Source of the DNA: Macrostomum lignano
Taxonomy: Eukaryota
NCBI GenBank assembly: GCA_002269645.1
Contig: NIVC01001036.1
Span: 124,001-188,000, forward strand
Length of the DNA: 64,000 nucleotides
Reading direction: 5' to 3'
Shown here one piece after another: positions 14,862 to 30,454 of the stretch (position 1 is its first letter; each line of letters opens with the position of its first letter). A model generated the notes under the pieces. It had not been told where the DNA came from and ran no database searches. It was given only the letters and a program-made list of their open reading frames with translations. Position numbers and translations under genes: made by a program.

Positions 14862-14930
14862 CTGACAATAAGAAAGTCAGGGCCGCTGTACACCCTGTGT
14901 GAGCTCGTGCCAGCATACGTATTTGTGTGC
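14862..14930 (+). mobile_element. SINE family A internal fragment
   Basis: CTGACAATAAGAAAGTCAGGGCCGCTGTACACCCTGTGTGAG matches 16375-16412. Confidence 0.65.
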
Positions 14931-14997
14931 ACAAATGCTACACTGCATATCACATTGCTTTACTAATAAAGAACTCAAAATGCTGCAGTCGACTCAC

Positions 14998-15148
14998 CAA
15001 ACTGACGCGAGCTGTCAGCCACCAATCCGACTGTCGGATGCACCTGGATTGTCAGCAGCAGCGGCAGCAGCGGCAGCAGCGGCAGCAGCGGCAGCAGCGG
15101 CAGCAGCTGAGGCCATTTTGTTTCTGCCGATGGCCGCGGCGCCCACAT
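14998..15148 (-). CDS. Probable first coding exon encoding a signal peptide (MWAPRPSAETKWPQ(LLP)5LLLTIQVHPTVGLVADSSRQF), secreted or membrane protein
   Basis: ATG at 15148 and strong phase-1 donor TTTG|GTGAGT at 14997. TACTAAC-tttcag acceptor signals at 15227-15215. Hydrophobic core comes from a 9-nt repeat. Under 60 aa, so absent from the ORF track. Confidence 0.5.
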
Positions 15149-15281
15149 GACCGTCTGCTGTGGTTTTGATGCGGCAGCTGGATTTGAGGGCGGGTCGGGA
15201 CACTGGCACCTGGGCTGAAAGTTAGTATGAAGGGCAAATTGAGCTATTCTGTATTAGTGTTCCCTTTTGGATCGCTTTCGC

Positions 15282-15495
<214 letters not shown>

Positions 15496-16334
15496 CCCAC
15501 TTGTCCGTCTCAATGTATTTCAGCCAGTATTACGTCACACTGCGCCCTACACGCTGCGAATGGCGTGCATCAACTCTCTAAATAATTAATAGGCGAAAAA
15601 CGAAGAACAAAAAATTTCCCCGTCAGTAAAAATGAAAACAGAAAATTAATTTAAGCCTGACTCATCCAGCCGAGGGGGGAAGGTAAATGGATTAGATCTG
15701 TCGCTGACCAGCTGGGTTCCCCCAGACTCCCAGCGTCATCCTGACCGCAGGTTCAGGTGAGCGAGCGAGTAAGGTAGGAGAAATTGAAGACGTAAGATGC
15801 GTCCGAGTCCTGCTCAAATCCAAATGAAACACGACAGTCGGCCAGGCTGGGGAATCGAGCTGTGGCCAGGCCCTGAGCAACCCGAGAGCAGGGCGGCCTG
15901 CCGCACACAGATAATAGCAGACCGGAGCAGCAGCTGAGAACCCCCGCGAGTATCTCAATGTATCGCCCTCTCGGTTGCAGGCAATATTACGTAACTAGTT
16001 AAGGTAGGATTAATGCAGGAAGCTGGGAGCATCATCATCAACTCGGCTGCAGATGGCACGCATTTGGCGGCATGACTGAGTAAGTGGGCCGTCCCTGCTG
16101 CACAGGAATTCTGTCTCCCAGCTCCCATGCTCAGCCTCCTGGCTGCATGTGATGTAGGATGTAGCGGGCATTCGAAGCCAGTTGGTTGAGCAAGAGTTGA
16201 CTCAGGTTCAATAGCAATAGCTTCTGGTTTCGTAGAAACTTAAGAAGCTCACGAAGATCTTACTGTTTTGTTGGTATCCACCCGTACCATGGGGCGCGGA
16301 GTAGCCCTGCGTCACGACTCCTGGTTCGCACTCA

Positions 16335-16560
16335 TGAAGGCCAACTCCCAAGGCACAGTGAAGTGTACATGTCTGACGATTAGAAAGTCAGGGACGATGT
16401 ACACCCTGTGTGAGCGTGTGCCTGCGTACGTATCCGCGCGCTTGTATGCCTGCTCAGGGGAGTCGGCGGAATGGGCAGTAATGCCTCTCGCCGGTTGTGT
16501 GCCAATGTCGCTTAAAGTGCGCCAGGGTGCACACAACCCCCCTGCCTCTAATAAAAAAAG
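16335..16560 (+). mobile_element. SINE family A, 5'-truncated or divergent copy
   Basis: About 90% identical by eye over ~135 nt to the reverse complement of 13532-13665; ends CTCTAATAAAAAAA. Confidence 0.8.
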
Positions 16561-17549
16561 AGCTCTTAATCTTGGAATTGTGTTTAAAAAATCGGCCTTC
16601 AAAAAAGTTGTATTCAAGGTTAGAGAGGAGATTCGACAGCTCCGCTTGAAGCTTGGGACTGAAGTGGATGGTGGGTTGGAAATGAGACTGGGATGGAATT
16701 AATTCCTAAAAGTGTCAATTAAACTTTCTCGCCTTCAGCTGCAGCACTGAGATCGACAACAAATGGAGCTTTAAAAAATGCTTCAGACTCATGGGAATTG
16801 GGAAATCTAGCGCCTGGTATCTTGAAGGGAAGAGAGTTCGAACTCGACACGGCCTGGCGAGCGGTAATTGTGTATAGTGTGCCAGAGTGGGCGAGTGGGC
16901 GAGTGAAATAGAAGTACAAATTGCCTGGCAGTTGGCCCAAGTGTCTCGAAGAGTTCGTGCTCGCGGGAAACCGAGTGGGAAGAGACTAATTGCGATGGTG
17001 TTGGGAAAAGGGGGATGGCGGAATGGGGAGAAAGTCGAGGAAATTAGAATGGAGCTGCTGCGAAGGGGAGATTCTGTGCCTCCTTCATCCTTGTCCCCGC
17101 CTGTCCGTTCCCTGGCTGCTGGCCCCCCAAACACATTGGGCAAAAATGTTGTCAGTCAGGAGGGTGTGGGAGAATTCTCGATCGAATCCAGTTTTTATCC
17201 TCAGAAGATTATATAAAAATCGTTAATAAAGTCTTAGTGACGGATCCAAATGGGTCTGAGGGGTCAACTGACCCCTTCAGAGAAAATCAACGGCGTCATA
17301 TGACCACCCCGGAGACTCAGAGAAGCCCTATTATTTACCTTTTTGATAGCAATATAGAGATTCTAATTCTGTATAATCTATATTCGAGTTTGGAGTCAGT
17401 GTCGGATATACAGGGGTCGTAAAGGGTCAGCTGACCTCCCTCTAAGAAAATCAGGGGCTCATGACCACCCCTCCTCCCCTCATTAAAAATTTATCTCTTT
17501 GGTTTTGATTTAACTTGGGGTTTCTCGTCTCGTTGTTTAAATTTGCCGA

Positions 17550-17781
17550 CCGTGGCGGATCCAAGGCGGGTGGGGGGTCGAGGGAGTGAGATGACCACCC
17601 CCAGGGAGGTCTAGGGAGTCAGCTTACCTCCCCGGAAGGGGTCGAGGGAGTCAGTTGACCTCCCCGGTCGAAGGAGCCATCTGATTACCCCGGGGGAGGG
17701 GGAGGGTTGGGGGAGTCAGCTGATCAACCCGGGGTCGAGGGAGTCAGCTGACCCCCGGGGACAATCGTGGATCGGCCCTAG
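17550..17781. mobile_element. Possible degenerate MITE with imperfect TIRs (CCGTGGCGGATCCA ... TGGATCGGCCCTAG)
   Basis: Imperfect terminal inverted repeats and internal GGGGTCGAGGGAGTCAGCTGACC subrepeats; related heads at 17235 and 17398; no clear TSD. Confidence 0.4.
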
Positions 17782-18617
17782 TCAGCCATGGCGGAATGGA
17801 GGCTCTCGTAAAAAATGCCTCACGCGAGCTGAGCAGTCGCGTGGACCAGCGGATTAGCGCTAATCCAGCGAGCGAGGAATAGCAAAATGAAGGGGTCTGC
17901 TGAGGGGGTCAGGGGACAAACAAATGGCTAGAAATTCCTATCCGATTGAAGATAATTAGTTTCAGTCCCTCGGCAAAAACAACAAGCCCGCCGAATTCAA
18001 ATCTGCTTGGCCTGACCCGGCCGTTTCTAGGAAATTTCTGCGCGATAAAACAAAAAATGCTATTTTTTGGTTTGGTTTGACGAGGGGAAATCGAAAATTT
18101 AAATCCCGCTCAGCTTTTAGCTTTTTTCCTCTCTGTCGTAACTCATCGGATTGGGGTGCTTGTGCCTTTTCGGTTCAGATTGCTTTTTTATAGTTTCCAG
18201 GTTGTACCATTCTGTGCCTGCTCACCTCGCTTGAAATGCTAAAGGATTATGTTGCTGAGTTCAGGATTAGCGGCAGTCCCACTCATCCACGCTGAGGGGC
18301 AACAGCATTGGGGAAAATCTTCCCAAAGTACTTTCTTGTACCAGCTATACAATGCAAGCAGATTGTGGCTCAAGTCTCTCCAGCAGATTGATGCGATTTC
18401 TCTTGCATACTTGACCCTCCCCCTTCTGGAGCAGATCCCGCTGATGCTCAATCAGTACGCCGCATGCCTCTGGCCCCAAATCTTGAAATTTATGACTGGG
18501 TTAGCCTCAGCCTGCTCAGCTTCTTCTCAAGGCATCGATCATGCAGGATGAGCAGCACTTTCTTGCATAAAAAACATGACAGCTCAGCGAGTGCTGGCCG
18601 AGTGATGAGCTTGGATC

Positions 18618-19492
18618 TGTGTAGCTTCACAACACTCAGCTTCACAAACCTCGTAGCTTCACAACCATCATAGCTTCACAGCCCTCGTAGTTTCACAACC
18701 CTCGTAGCTTCCCAACCATCATAGCTTCACAACCCTCGTAGCTTCACAACCCTCGTAGCTTCACAACCCTCGTAGCTTCACAACCCTCGTAGCTTCACAA
18801 CCTTCGTAGCTTCACAACCCTCGTAGCTTCACAACCTTCGTAGCTTCACAACCCTCGTAGCTTCACAACCCTCGTAGCTTCCCAACCATCATAGCTTCAC
18901 AACCCGTGTAGCTTCACAACCCGTGTAGCTTCACAACCCGTGTAGCTTCACAACCCGTGTAGCTTCACAAACCGTGTAGCTTCACAACCCTCATAGCTTC
19001 ACAACACTCAGCTTCACAACCCTCGTGTAGCTTCACAACCCTCGTAGCTTCACAACACTCAGCTTCACAACCCTCGTGTAGCTTCACAACCCTCGTAGCT
19101 TCACAACCCTCGTAGCTTCACAACCCTCGTAGCTACACAACCCTCGTAGCTACACAACCCTCGTAGCTTCACAACCCTCGTAGCTTCACAACCCTCGTAG
19201 CTTCACAACCCTCGTAGCTACACAACCCTCGTAGCTTCACAACCCGTGTAGCTTTACAACCCTCGTAGCTTCACAACCCGTGTAGCTTCACAACCCTCAT
19301 AGCTTCACAACACTCAGCTTCACAACCCTCGTAGCTTCACAACCCTTGTAGCTTCACAACCCGTGTAGCTTCACAACCCTCGTAGCTACACAACCCTCGT
19401 AGCTTCACAACCCGTGTAGCTTCACAACCCTCGTAGCTTCACAACCCGTGTAGCTTCACAACCCGTGTAGCTTCACAACCCTCGTAGCTTCA
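18618..19492. repeat. 17-nt minisatellite (AGCTTCACAACCCTCGT), ~50 copies
   Basis: Tandem periodicity. Confidence 0.97.
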
Positions 19493-20883
19493 AAAAGTAA
19501 AATCTAATAAGTTTCACAGCCTCTAAAGTGTCAAGCCTTAGCTACACAAAACTGACAACTCAAGGCGCTGTTTAGCTATTCTGTTTGACAACTCAAACTA
19601 GAACAGCTGAGTTCACGCTCCCAACTCAGCACTTTGCGCCAAGCAACCAGCTCACTGCATCATCTGGCAGAGTCTCAAGAAGGCCTTGGCATCGTCGGGC
19701 CCACAATGCCCGGTGCCGGAAGACGCTACCGATCGTAAATCAGACGCGCTGAGAGGCTGAGGCAGGCGCTCAGATCTCATTCTTCATCAGCCACCCCCCT
19801 CCTCTCTCTGATCTGATTGTCGGCAGCTCTATTGAGAGACCCGACTCCCGCTTGACCCCCCGGCACCCCTTGCACTGTCTGCTTCCAGCTGCTGGCCAGT
19901 TCTCTCTTCCGGCGGCTGTGGAGGCTGCCTGGGACAGAAGAGTTCAGAGGATTAGGAAGCGGTTAATCCATCACTGGGCCGGGACCGCAGGCGGCCTACC
20001 TAATTGAATTAAGCGCCAGGTTTAATGGCCAGCCGCCCCGGGTCGCAGATGCCGAGCCTGTTTGAAAATCCGCCGTCTTCTCCCTCGCCTCTCAGTGGCG
20101 ATGAAAAATCCCAAATAGGAAATTGGGGGAAAAGGGATCGAAGCGGAGACAGAGAAGAGCCGACTGTAAGAAGGATTAATCATTTTTTTCTGTTATTTCC
20201 CTCGAATTTGTCCGCCGAGAATTCGCAGAGAGGAGGGAAAGAGGCAAATTAACTGAAAATTTGTTTATTCCTTCTTTGCCAAGAGGAAATTGGAGATGAA
20301 AAATCGAGGGGGGGGGTCCATCAGTCTCACAAAGGACTGAAAAAACTGAAAAATCTCTTCTTCAAACAGGCCGGCACGCAACTGGGACTCCTCGGGATCC
20401 CGGAGACAATCTGCTGCATCAGTCTCGGGATTCTGAGGACTGCTCACTTGGGACAGCTCTGACACGCACTGTCAGGAATGATATCTTTCAGGGAGAATGT
20501 TTTTGGCGATTGGGGCTGCTTGTTGTCACAACTGGGGACCAGTTCTAGCTATTCTCACTCTTGCTAATAGGCTCACGACATCCATTTCTGTCCCAAACTG
20601 TGTTCGCACGAAGCGTAGCATCTGCCTGTGTGTGTTCAGGATGGGCTTCCAATTATCAGGTGTGCTGACTATCCACTGTATTCTGGGGTGCGCAGAAGTG
20701 ACTGGGGGTCGACCGCGATCTCTCGCACCTGTACAAACACGTGTCCCCGCCCCCACAGCCTGCATGCCACTTGGCTGCTGCACACGACAGCTTGGGAGAC
20801 GGCCCTGCCCTGCCCAGGGCCACGCCTCCTCCTTGCTCACCTAAAGTTGACAAGGCTCAGTGGCGTGTTTGCAGTGAGTCCCG

Positions 20884-21013
<130 letters not shown>

Positions 21014-21303
21014 TCCAACTCTTCTCGACTAATTGAAGCCAGAAGCCACGCAGCCAGTTTAACAAAAATCCCGCGCAATGCATGTTGCAGCTGAGAGTGG
21101 CTGCTGCGCCAAATGAAAGCGGGAAAGCTATAAACTTTTCAAGCACCTTGTCTGGAAGCTTTTAGCTAGAGAAAAATTGAGAGAAAGGACAGCTAATGCT
21201 TTGTAATTGGAGAATTTGGAATTTAAAGGCACTTTTTTGGGGGGAAGAATTATTTAGAAAGGACTCCTGGAAAGGAGAGATTTTCAGGGGAACTCTCATT
21301 CTC

Positions 21304-21705
21304 GAGGTAGACTCTCAAGTGAAATTCCTAGGGTAGAATCTCAAGCGAGACCAGGGTAGACTCTCAAGTGAGACTGCCAGGGTAGACTCTCAAGTGAGAC
21401 TGCCAGGGTAGACTCTCAAGTGAGACTGTCAGGGTAGACTCTCAAGTGAGACTGCCAGGGTAGACTCTCAAGTGAGACTGCCAGGGTAGACTCTCAAGTG
21501 AGACTGCCAGGGTAGACTCTCAAGTGAGACTGCCAGGGTAGACTCTCAAGTGAGACTGCCAGGGTAGACTCTCAAGTGAGACTGCCAGGGTAGACTCTCA
21601 AGTGAGACTGCCAGGGTAGACTCTCAAGTGAGACTGTCAGGGTAGACACTCAAGTGAGACTGCCAGGGTAGACTCTCAAGTGAGACTCCCAGGGTTAGAC
21701 TCTCG
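21304..21705. repeat. 26-nt minisatellite (GTAGACTCTCAAGTGAGACTGCCAGG), ~15 copies
   Basis: Tandem periodicity; each unit has a TCTCA-AG-TGAGA mini-palindrome. Confidence 0.97.
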
Positions 21706-23199
21706 GAAGAGACTTTCATGAGAACTCTCAGATTTGACTCTAAGGAGTGTCTCCCATGAGACCAAAGGGACTCCCAGACTCTCAAAAAGACTCTCAGGGA
21801 AAATGTCACACAGACAATTAGGGGGAGGTCACTCCCAGGGGGACGAGAGACACCCAAGAGAGACTCTCTCAGAGAACTCTTGGAACAATCATAAACATGA
21901 GCATGCTTTTTTGCTTGAACCATTGTCACTTGTAATTCTATCGAAAATCGTAAACGTTAATTATAACTGAGTCGTTTGTAACTCTGTATAGACTGTAAAA
22001 AAGGAAACAGTCAATCCTATTCAGAATGATACACACTAATTTCCCTGTTGCTACCCTGTTGCCACGCGGATAAATTCCAAGCGTGTAATGATATAGATAG
22101 ATAGACAAAGAGGTCGGTCGTTACGTTATTCAGTCAATTCGAAACAGGCTAAAGCGATTTAGAAGCGATGGAGACAGACAGTCAGCCACATCAACCACCC
22201 ATTCCCATGGGGAGACCCGGGAGCTCGCCAAATAATTACAAATTTTCCCCTCTCTCGCTTCTTTCTCTGCCTTTCGATAAACCGTTGGGAGCTTTTCAAT
22301 TTTTCTCATTAGCTGACATTAGTGTGGCACAGCAAGGGGCCGCAGTGACGGACAGATGTGGGGGGGGGGAGTCTGCATATCTGCATGGCGTTGGCATGTC
22401 AATGGGGCTGGTTGGCAACTATAGCTTGGAATAGCTACATAGTCTCCAGCAATTCTGATTCACTCTCCAGAGTCCTCAAGGGAGGGAATTGGCTGTGGCT
22501 CTTCCTCTGGCTAGCGGTATAACTTGAGTGCACAAATCCCGCTCGGACTGGCGCCAATGTTTTAACGGATTTGAGAAACCCTTGATGCGAATTTTATGCT
22601 GAAACGGAAACCGGCAACGATTCTGAAACTGGTCATGACTAAACCCTGACAGAAGGCTTCTTTCTCTCCCTCCCTGACCTGCTCACGCTGGGGCAAAACG
22701 CTACAAAAGCAGAGGGGAGTCTGGTCGTGTTCGTGCCTCAGCTCGTCACTCGCTTTCCTGTTTCTGAAGCCCCACACCGAGTTACGAGACTTATTCTCAT
22801 TAATTCATATGAGCTATAGTATTCGTTATTAATAACCGTCTTTATGAAAGTCGAACTGGAGGTGTGCGCGTGACGCAACAGCATACGGAAAACTGGGCTG
22901 GTATGGCGTGGACTCATCGGGCCGTGAAAAGTTGAGAGAAGAGGAGAGAGAGAGAGCCTCGTGAGTCCCGGTACTGGGGCTAGACTTGGGCTTCAAGAGT
23001 CGTCGGGCCTCTCACTCTCGTTCTATTTCTCCTGCACGACATGCTTTTTGACAGAATGCGATTCATAGATTCTGGGTTGTCAAGATGACAAATTTGCATT
23101 GTACAACTGGCTTCGATCCATGGAGAGAATCATCAATCAGCAATACAGATGCAGATATGGTGAGGGTGTTTCGCTTCCTAGGAATTAGTGGGTGCCGGT

Positions 23200-23817
<618 letters not shown>

Positions 23818-24142
23818 TGCGTGTTACCCATTTTTTTTATTTTTACCCGGCTTGCGAACGAAAAAAGCGGAATTTAAGCCAAGCTTCAAACCGGCAGTCC
23901 ATTAGATTGGCATCGATCCAGTTAAATTGAAAATTTCTAAATTACAGTACTTGAAGCTTCAAGGCCCCAATACACCCGAGGGCAGTTCAGCTATTCAGAT
24001 TCGTATCAATGCTTTTACGTAACTCGAAATTTGAATTTGACTCAGTGGGGCAAGCGGGTCACAAATGCGTACGACTTCCAAGAGGAGAGATTTTAGCGAA
24101 ATTTGAAGGCCAATGCTTTGTATACGATTATCTGATTGCAGT

Positions 24143-24688
24143 TAAATCTACCCAGTTAGGAAAAGAACCTACCCAGATCGGGGTGTAGAACCTACCCAGA
24201 TCGGGTGTATAGAACCTACCCAAATCGGAGTGTAGAACCTACCCAGATCGGTGTGTAGAACCTACCCAGATCGGTGTATAGAACCTACCCAGATCGGAGT
24301 ATAGAACCTACCCAGCTCGGAGTGTAGAACCTACCCAGATCGGGTGTATAGAACCTACCCAGATCGGAGTATAGAACCTACCCAAATCGGAGTATAGAAC
24401 CTATCCAGATCGGTGTATAGAACCTACCCAGATCGGAGTGTAGAACCTACCCAGATCGGAGTATAGAACCTACCCAGATCGGAGTATAGAACCTACCCAG
24501 ATCGGAGTATAGAACCTACCCAGATCGGAGTATAGAACCTACCCAGATCAGAGTATAACCTACCCAGTTAGGAATAGAACCTACCCAGATCAGAGTAAAA
24601 CCTACCCAGTTCCGAGTAGAACCTACCCAGATCCGAGTAGAACCTACCCAGATCAGAGTAGAACCTACCCAGTTCGGAGTAGAACTAA
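24143..24688. repeat. 23-nt minisatellite (TAGAACCTACCCAGATCGGAGTA), ~24 copies
   Basis: Tandem periodicity. Confidence 0.95.
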
Positions 24689-25704
24689 TAGAACCAAAGA
24701 AGTAGCAATAAATTATTATTGTGTACTATAAAAGAGCCGCTAAATAAACTTCTACTGAAAGCAGGAGCTACGATAGCTTCAGCCCGGTGGTTAAGCAATA
24801 AAACTGGAGCCCTACCAACTTTAATAGCTTACCTAGATTAGCAATTATGATGATGAACAAAGAGGTTCTCGGGTAATTTCCCCAATTTAATGTCTTTATA
24901 GAAGCTTCCAAAGTAAGTCCCTTTTGTGCTGACCAGGATAGCCTCCTTCCGGGGATCTGCCATTATTGGTATCCCCCCAACATGCCTTCCCTCCATATCA
25001 GATTAAATTAACGCCGGATAAAATCTCATGAAGAAAAAAACCGGCAGAACAGCCAACCCCTCCCCAGCATCAGAAATTAAGTGACGTAATATTATTGGCC
25101 CGATGAAAAAAAGTTGAATTTCACGAGCAGCCAGAGTCCGAGACACTCTCACCCCCGAGGGGCTTCGACTGGGATTAAGAGGCAGAAAAGGGGGGAGACG
25201 GTGAGAGGCGCGAGAGGCGGATGATATCAAGAAGGCAAAGAGAAAGGGGGAATGATGCCAAAATTCGAATTAGGCTTGGCCCAATCTCCCATTTCTTGGC
25301 CGGCCGGCCGTAATCAGCAACAGCAGCAGCGGCCGCCAGGGTTAACCATTTTATTGGGGGGGGGGGGCTTGGACCCCCCTCAGGACTCAGCGGGGAAGAA
25401 AGAAACCGGGGCAAAGAATTTGAGCACAGTCTCTGCCTTCTTATCTTGGAAAATGGAGGGTTTCCATTTTGAAATCCCCCTGAGAGAGTGAGAGGGGGTG
25501 GGGTGGAAACGTGATACCAGGAGAGAGAAGAGAAGAGAGCGGAGAGCGGGATGAGACGTCTTCTTGGTCATTTTATTCCCACAGTAACCGGTTTCCGCGG
25601 CTTATCCTCGCCTTCTCAAGAAAGTATTCGCATGATCGCATCAAAACGCATCGGGGAATTTCCATTATGTCCCGTCTAATCGTAAAACTACCGTAAAACT
25701 AAAA

Positions 25705-26478
<774 letters not shown>

Positions 26479-27020
26479 GCTTTCCTTCACCTCAGCACCC
26501 AAAAAATATTACGTGAGCAAGTCTATCCCAGGCTTGAACCTGTTTAAACAATGCAGTTAGCTTAGCCAGAGGTAAGCAAAATCGAAGCCGAGTTTTGTGG
26601 ACTCCGAGCCGCAACTCAGTGGAGCAGCAGCGGATCGGTTACAAATTTTGGTGGGGGTGGGTAGAAAAACGGGGATGCTAGCTGGCACTGCTCTGCTCAG
26701 CTTTGGAAATCCTAGCTCGGTTGGTACACGGAACCAGTGCGCGATTGTTGAGCCAATAAACAGGATTTCGATCCTTGAACAGGCGTCTTTGCCTATTGTG
26801 AAACTCTGCTCAGGCGGGACTGCCTGTGAGAAGCTTGGGCAATGGGATGGCTGGCAAGTCAGTGCATGGGCAGATTGTCTCTAGATTCAATGCTCCAGCG
26901 TGGACAATAGCAATCGGTGTAGAGTGATACGGAGCGCGGGGCTTGCCTACCAGATTGGCAATAAATGGAATCGATGGCCCGCGATTAATTATTCAACTAC
27001 TAGGAAACTGCTCAGCATGA

Positions 27021-27970
<950 letters not shown>

Positions 27971-28405
27971 TTGATCGCGAAATGATAGTTATATATTTGA
28001 GTTCAGGCACCGCTCTAGGCAACTAACTAATTAGCAAAGAGAGCAAGAGCAATTTCAGCACTCACCTGTATTTGGATTCAAACCGCCACAATGAGGTTCA
28101 AAGCTTGGGCTGCCTCGGTCTGATGCAGAGCAAGAGCAATCAATGAACGGCTTTGTCAGCAATCCAAAATGGAATTGGGATACCAGAGGCCCATCTTTTT
28201 GTCTTAAACCGAGTGAATGTCATTGGTTGCATTCTCCCAGCCAATTGCAAGGCAATATTATCGCGGGTTTTATGTTTACTACTTATAACAGAATGGAAAG
28301 CAGTAGTCACAAAGGAGCATTCATAGTATCAAGTAGTTTTTGTTGTAGCAAGAAAATATGCTAAATAACAACAGAACAACACATAACTTTCGTTTCGTCT
28401 GGTTT

Positions 28406-29713
28406 TCGCTGAGCAATGGGCGGATCGTTGTGGTCTAAAGCTCTCTGAGACTAAGACCGCAGTGATCATGTTCACCAGCAGGACCAAGTGGCAGATTCGG
28501 CCGCTCACGCTTTACGGAGGGATATCCCCCTCTGCAAGCAGACTAAATGCCTAGGTATTACCCTGGACCACAGGCTGAACTGGTCACCCCACGTTCAAGC
28601 GAAAGCCAAAAGGGTCCTCGCATGTCCTCGCACAGCTGCGCAGGGCCGTCGGCACCACCTGGGGGCTCAACCCCAAGCGCCTCTGGTGGATCCACACTGT
28701 AATGGTTAGGCCCGTTATCTCGTACGGCGGCCTGATCTGGGCTAGCGCCCTGCAGATGAAGACCTGCCTGGAGGCTCTCAGGAGAGCGCAAGGGCGCGCA
28801 TGCCGTATGATCATGAGCGCCCCCGTCTGCTCCTTACGATGGCCTCAACGCCTTCCTCAACATTCCCCCGCTGGACATCTTTGTCCGCAGGGAAGCGGCT
28901 AAGTCTCCCACCGTCTGATTTACGCCAGCATTCGTTTCCTGCCCAATAGGGCCATGGCGAAGCGCAAGCTCCTGCCTCACGCCGACCTCTGCCTCAAAGA
29001 CTTGAGAGACAGCGGCGGGCTCCACGTCTTACCTGACGGCGAACCCCGCACTCTCAACCTCCTTCAGCGCTACAAGGTCACCATCCCCTCTAGGGATGCT
29101 GCCACTGACCACAGGAATTTCCAGGAGGTGGATTGGTACACGGATGGATTCATCAAAGCTACGCCTGCTTTGGGTCTGCATCATAATCAACGGCCGCGTC
29201 GTTGCCATGCATGCCCAGCACACTGGCAGACTCTCCACGATCTTTCAGAACGAAGTCCTTGCTATCAGCTCCTGTGAAGCAAAATCGGAAGGATATCCGA
29301 GCCCTTGTCATGACCTTCACTGGCCATGGCTACCTCGCTAGGTACTGCTTCCTCCTAGGCGATCTCGAGAGCGAACTTTGCCTCTTTTGCGAGTACGACA
29401 ATGAAGATGCTCAGCACTTTGTTTGTCACTGCCCTTTCTTTACCAGAGTCCGGCTACGCTACCTCGGGCCGAACCCGTCCATTGACGAGGTCTGCCAGCC
29501 CGACAGCATCTCACGGCTCATCCAGTTCCTTCGGGCGACAAGACGAGCCACTTTCTTCCCCACGGAAGATCACGCTGCAGGACGGACCGGCGGACCACCC
29601 TGACCGCCCCCACGCCTCTGCCTGTCTGCGGGCCTTCAGGGGCTAGCGGAATGGGCGACCCTCGCCTCCCCGCTGTGTCTACGAACCACCCTGCAGCAAA
29701 GTAAAGTAAGTCT
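28406..29713 (+). mobile_element. 5'-truncated, frameshifted non-LTR retrotransposon (RNase H-bearing, LOA/R1/I-like)
   Basis: RT C-terminus (WADRCGLKLSETKTAVIMFT...LGITLDHRLNW...VRPVISYGGLIW), RNase H start (WYTDG, TIFQNEVLAI), zinc knuckle (TGHGYL...CLFC...EDAQHFVCHCP), AAAGT tail, and 9-bp TSD GTCTGGTTT at 28397-28405 and 29714-29722. Confidence 0.9.
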
Positions 29714-30068
29714 GTCTGGTTTGCTCTCATTAGGTGCTGCCCACCGATAAAAGTGCGTCTGTCTGTTTGCTTTCAGAGCCTAGCACAGTGGCGTAGAGTC
29801 CTACGCAGAGTAGTGCGCGCCTGTCCCTGCCGGTAGGGTGCCTACAGCGTCAGCAGCAGCACCTCCTGCACCGGCTGCGGGCAGTAGGACTCGGCAGGGA
29901 TGATGCGGCCTGGGACAGGACAGCCCTGTGCTGCCATACAGTGCCGCATTGGTGACTCGCTCTTGAAGGTGGCGCGCAGCAGGCCAGCACGCGCCGCCTC
30001 GACCTGCTGTTCGAGCGATTCCGTCAGCGTCCCGGTCTCGGCGCATTGTACAACAGGACGGTCTCGAT

Positions 30069-30318
30069 GGGGGGGGGCATCAAAAACCCGAAAATCACAA
30101 CTCCGAAAGTTCTAGCAATGTCCAACACTATTTTGGTTTTCGGAGTTGTGATATTTCGGGTTTATGATGTGTGTTGCTATCAATTTCGGAGTTATGATAC
30201 TTCGGGTTTATGATATTTCGGGTTTATGATATTTCGGGTTGGTGATATTTCGGGTTTATGATATTACAGGTTTATGATATTAAAGGTTCATGATATTTCG
30301 GGTTTATGATGGCGACCC
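30069..30318. mobile_element. MULE-like MITE, 250 nt
   Basis: GGG...CCC termini; TIR CATCA(A/T)AAACCCGAAA; TSD GTCTCGAT at 30061-30068 and 30319-30326; internal TTTCGGGTTTATGATA subrepeats. Confidence 0.7.
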
Positions 30319-30454
30319 GTCTCGATCACCGCCAGGTAAGGCCTCGGACTGCAGGACAGCCTTCACGGAACAAGAGGCAGCTCAGGCAAGTTCACGGCGA
30401 CGTCGCAGATCCTACTAGCGACCGTCAAGCACTAGAACGCCGAGGTAGACGAAC

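Noticed and set aside
18239-20850. ORFs 18249-18551, 20265-20465 and 20526-20840
   Set aside because: No recognisable family or consistent splice chain
30055-30068. GACGGTCTC resemblance to a flatworm spliced-leader sequence
   Set aside because: Only 9 nt, overlaps the MITE TSD, and lacks a donor or Sm site
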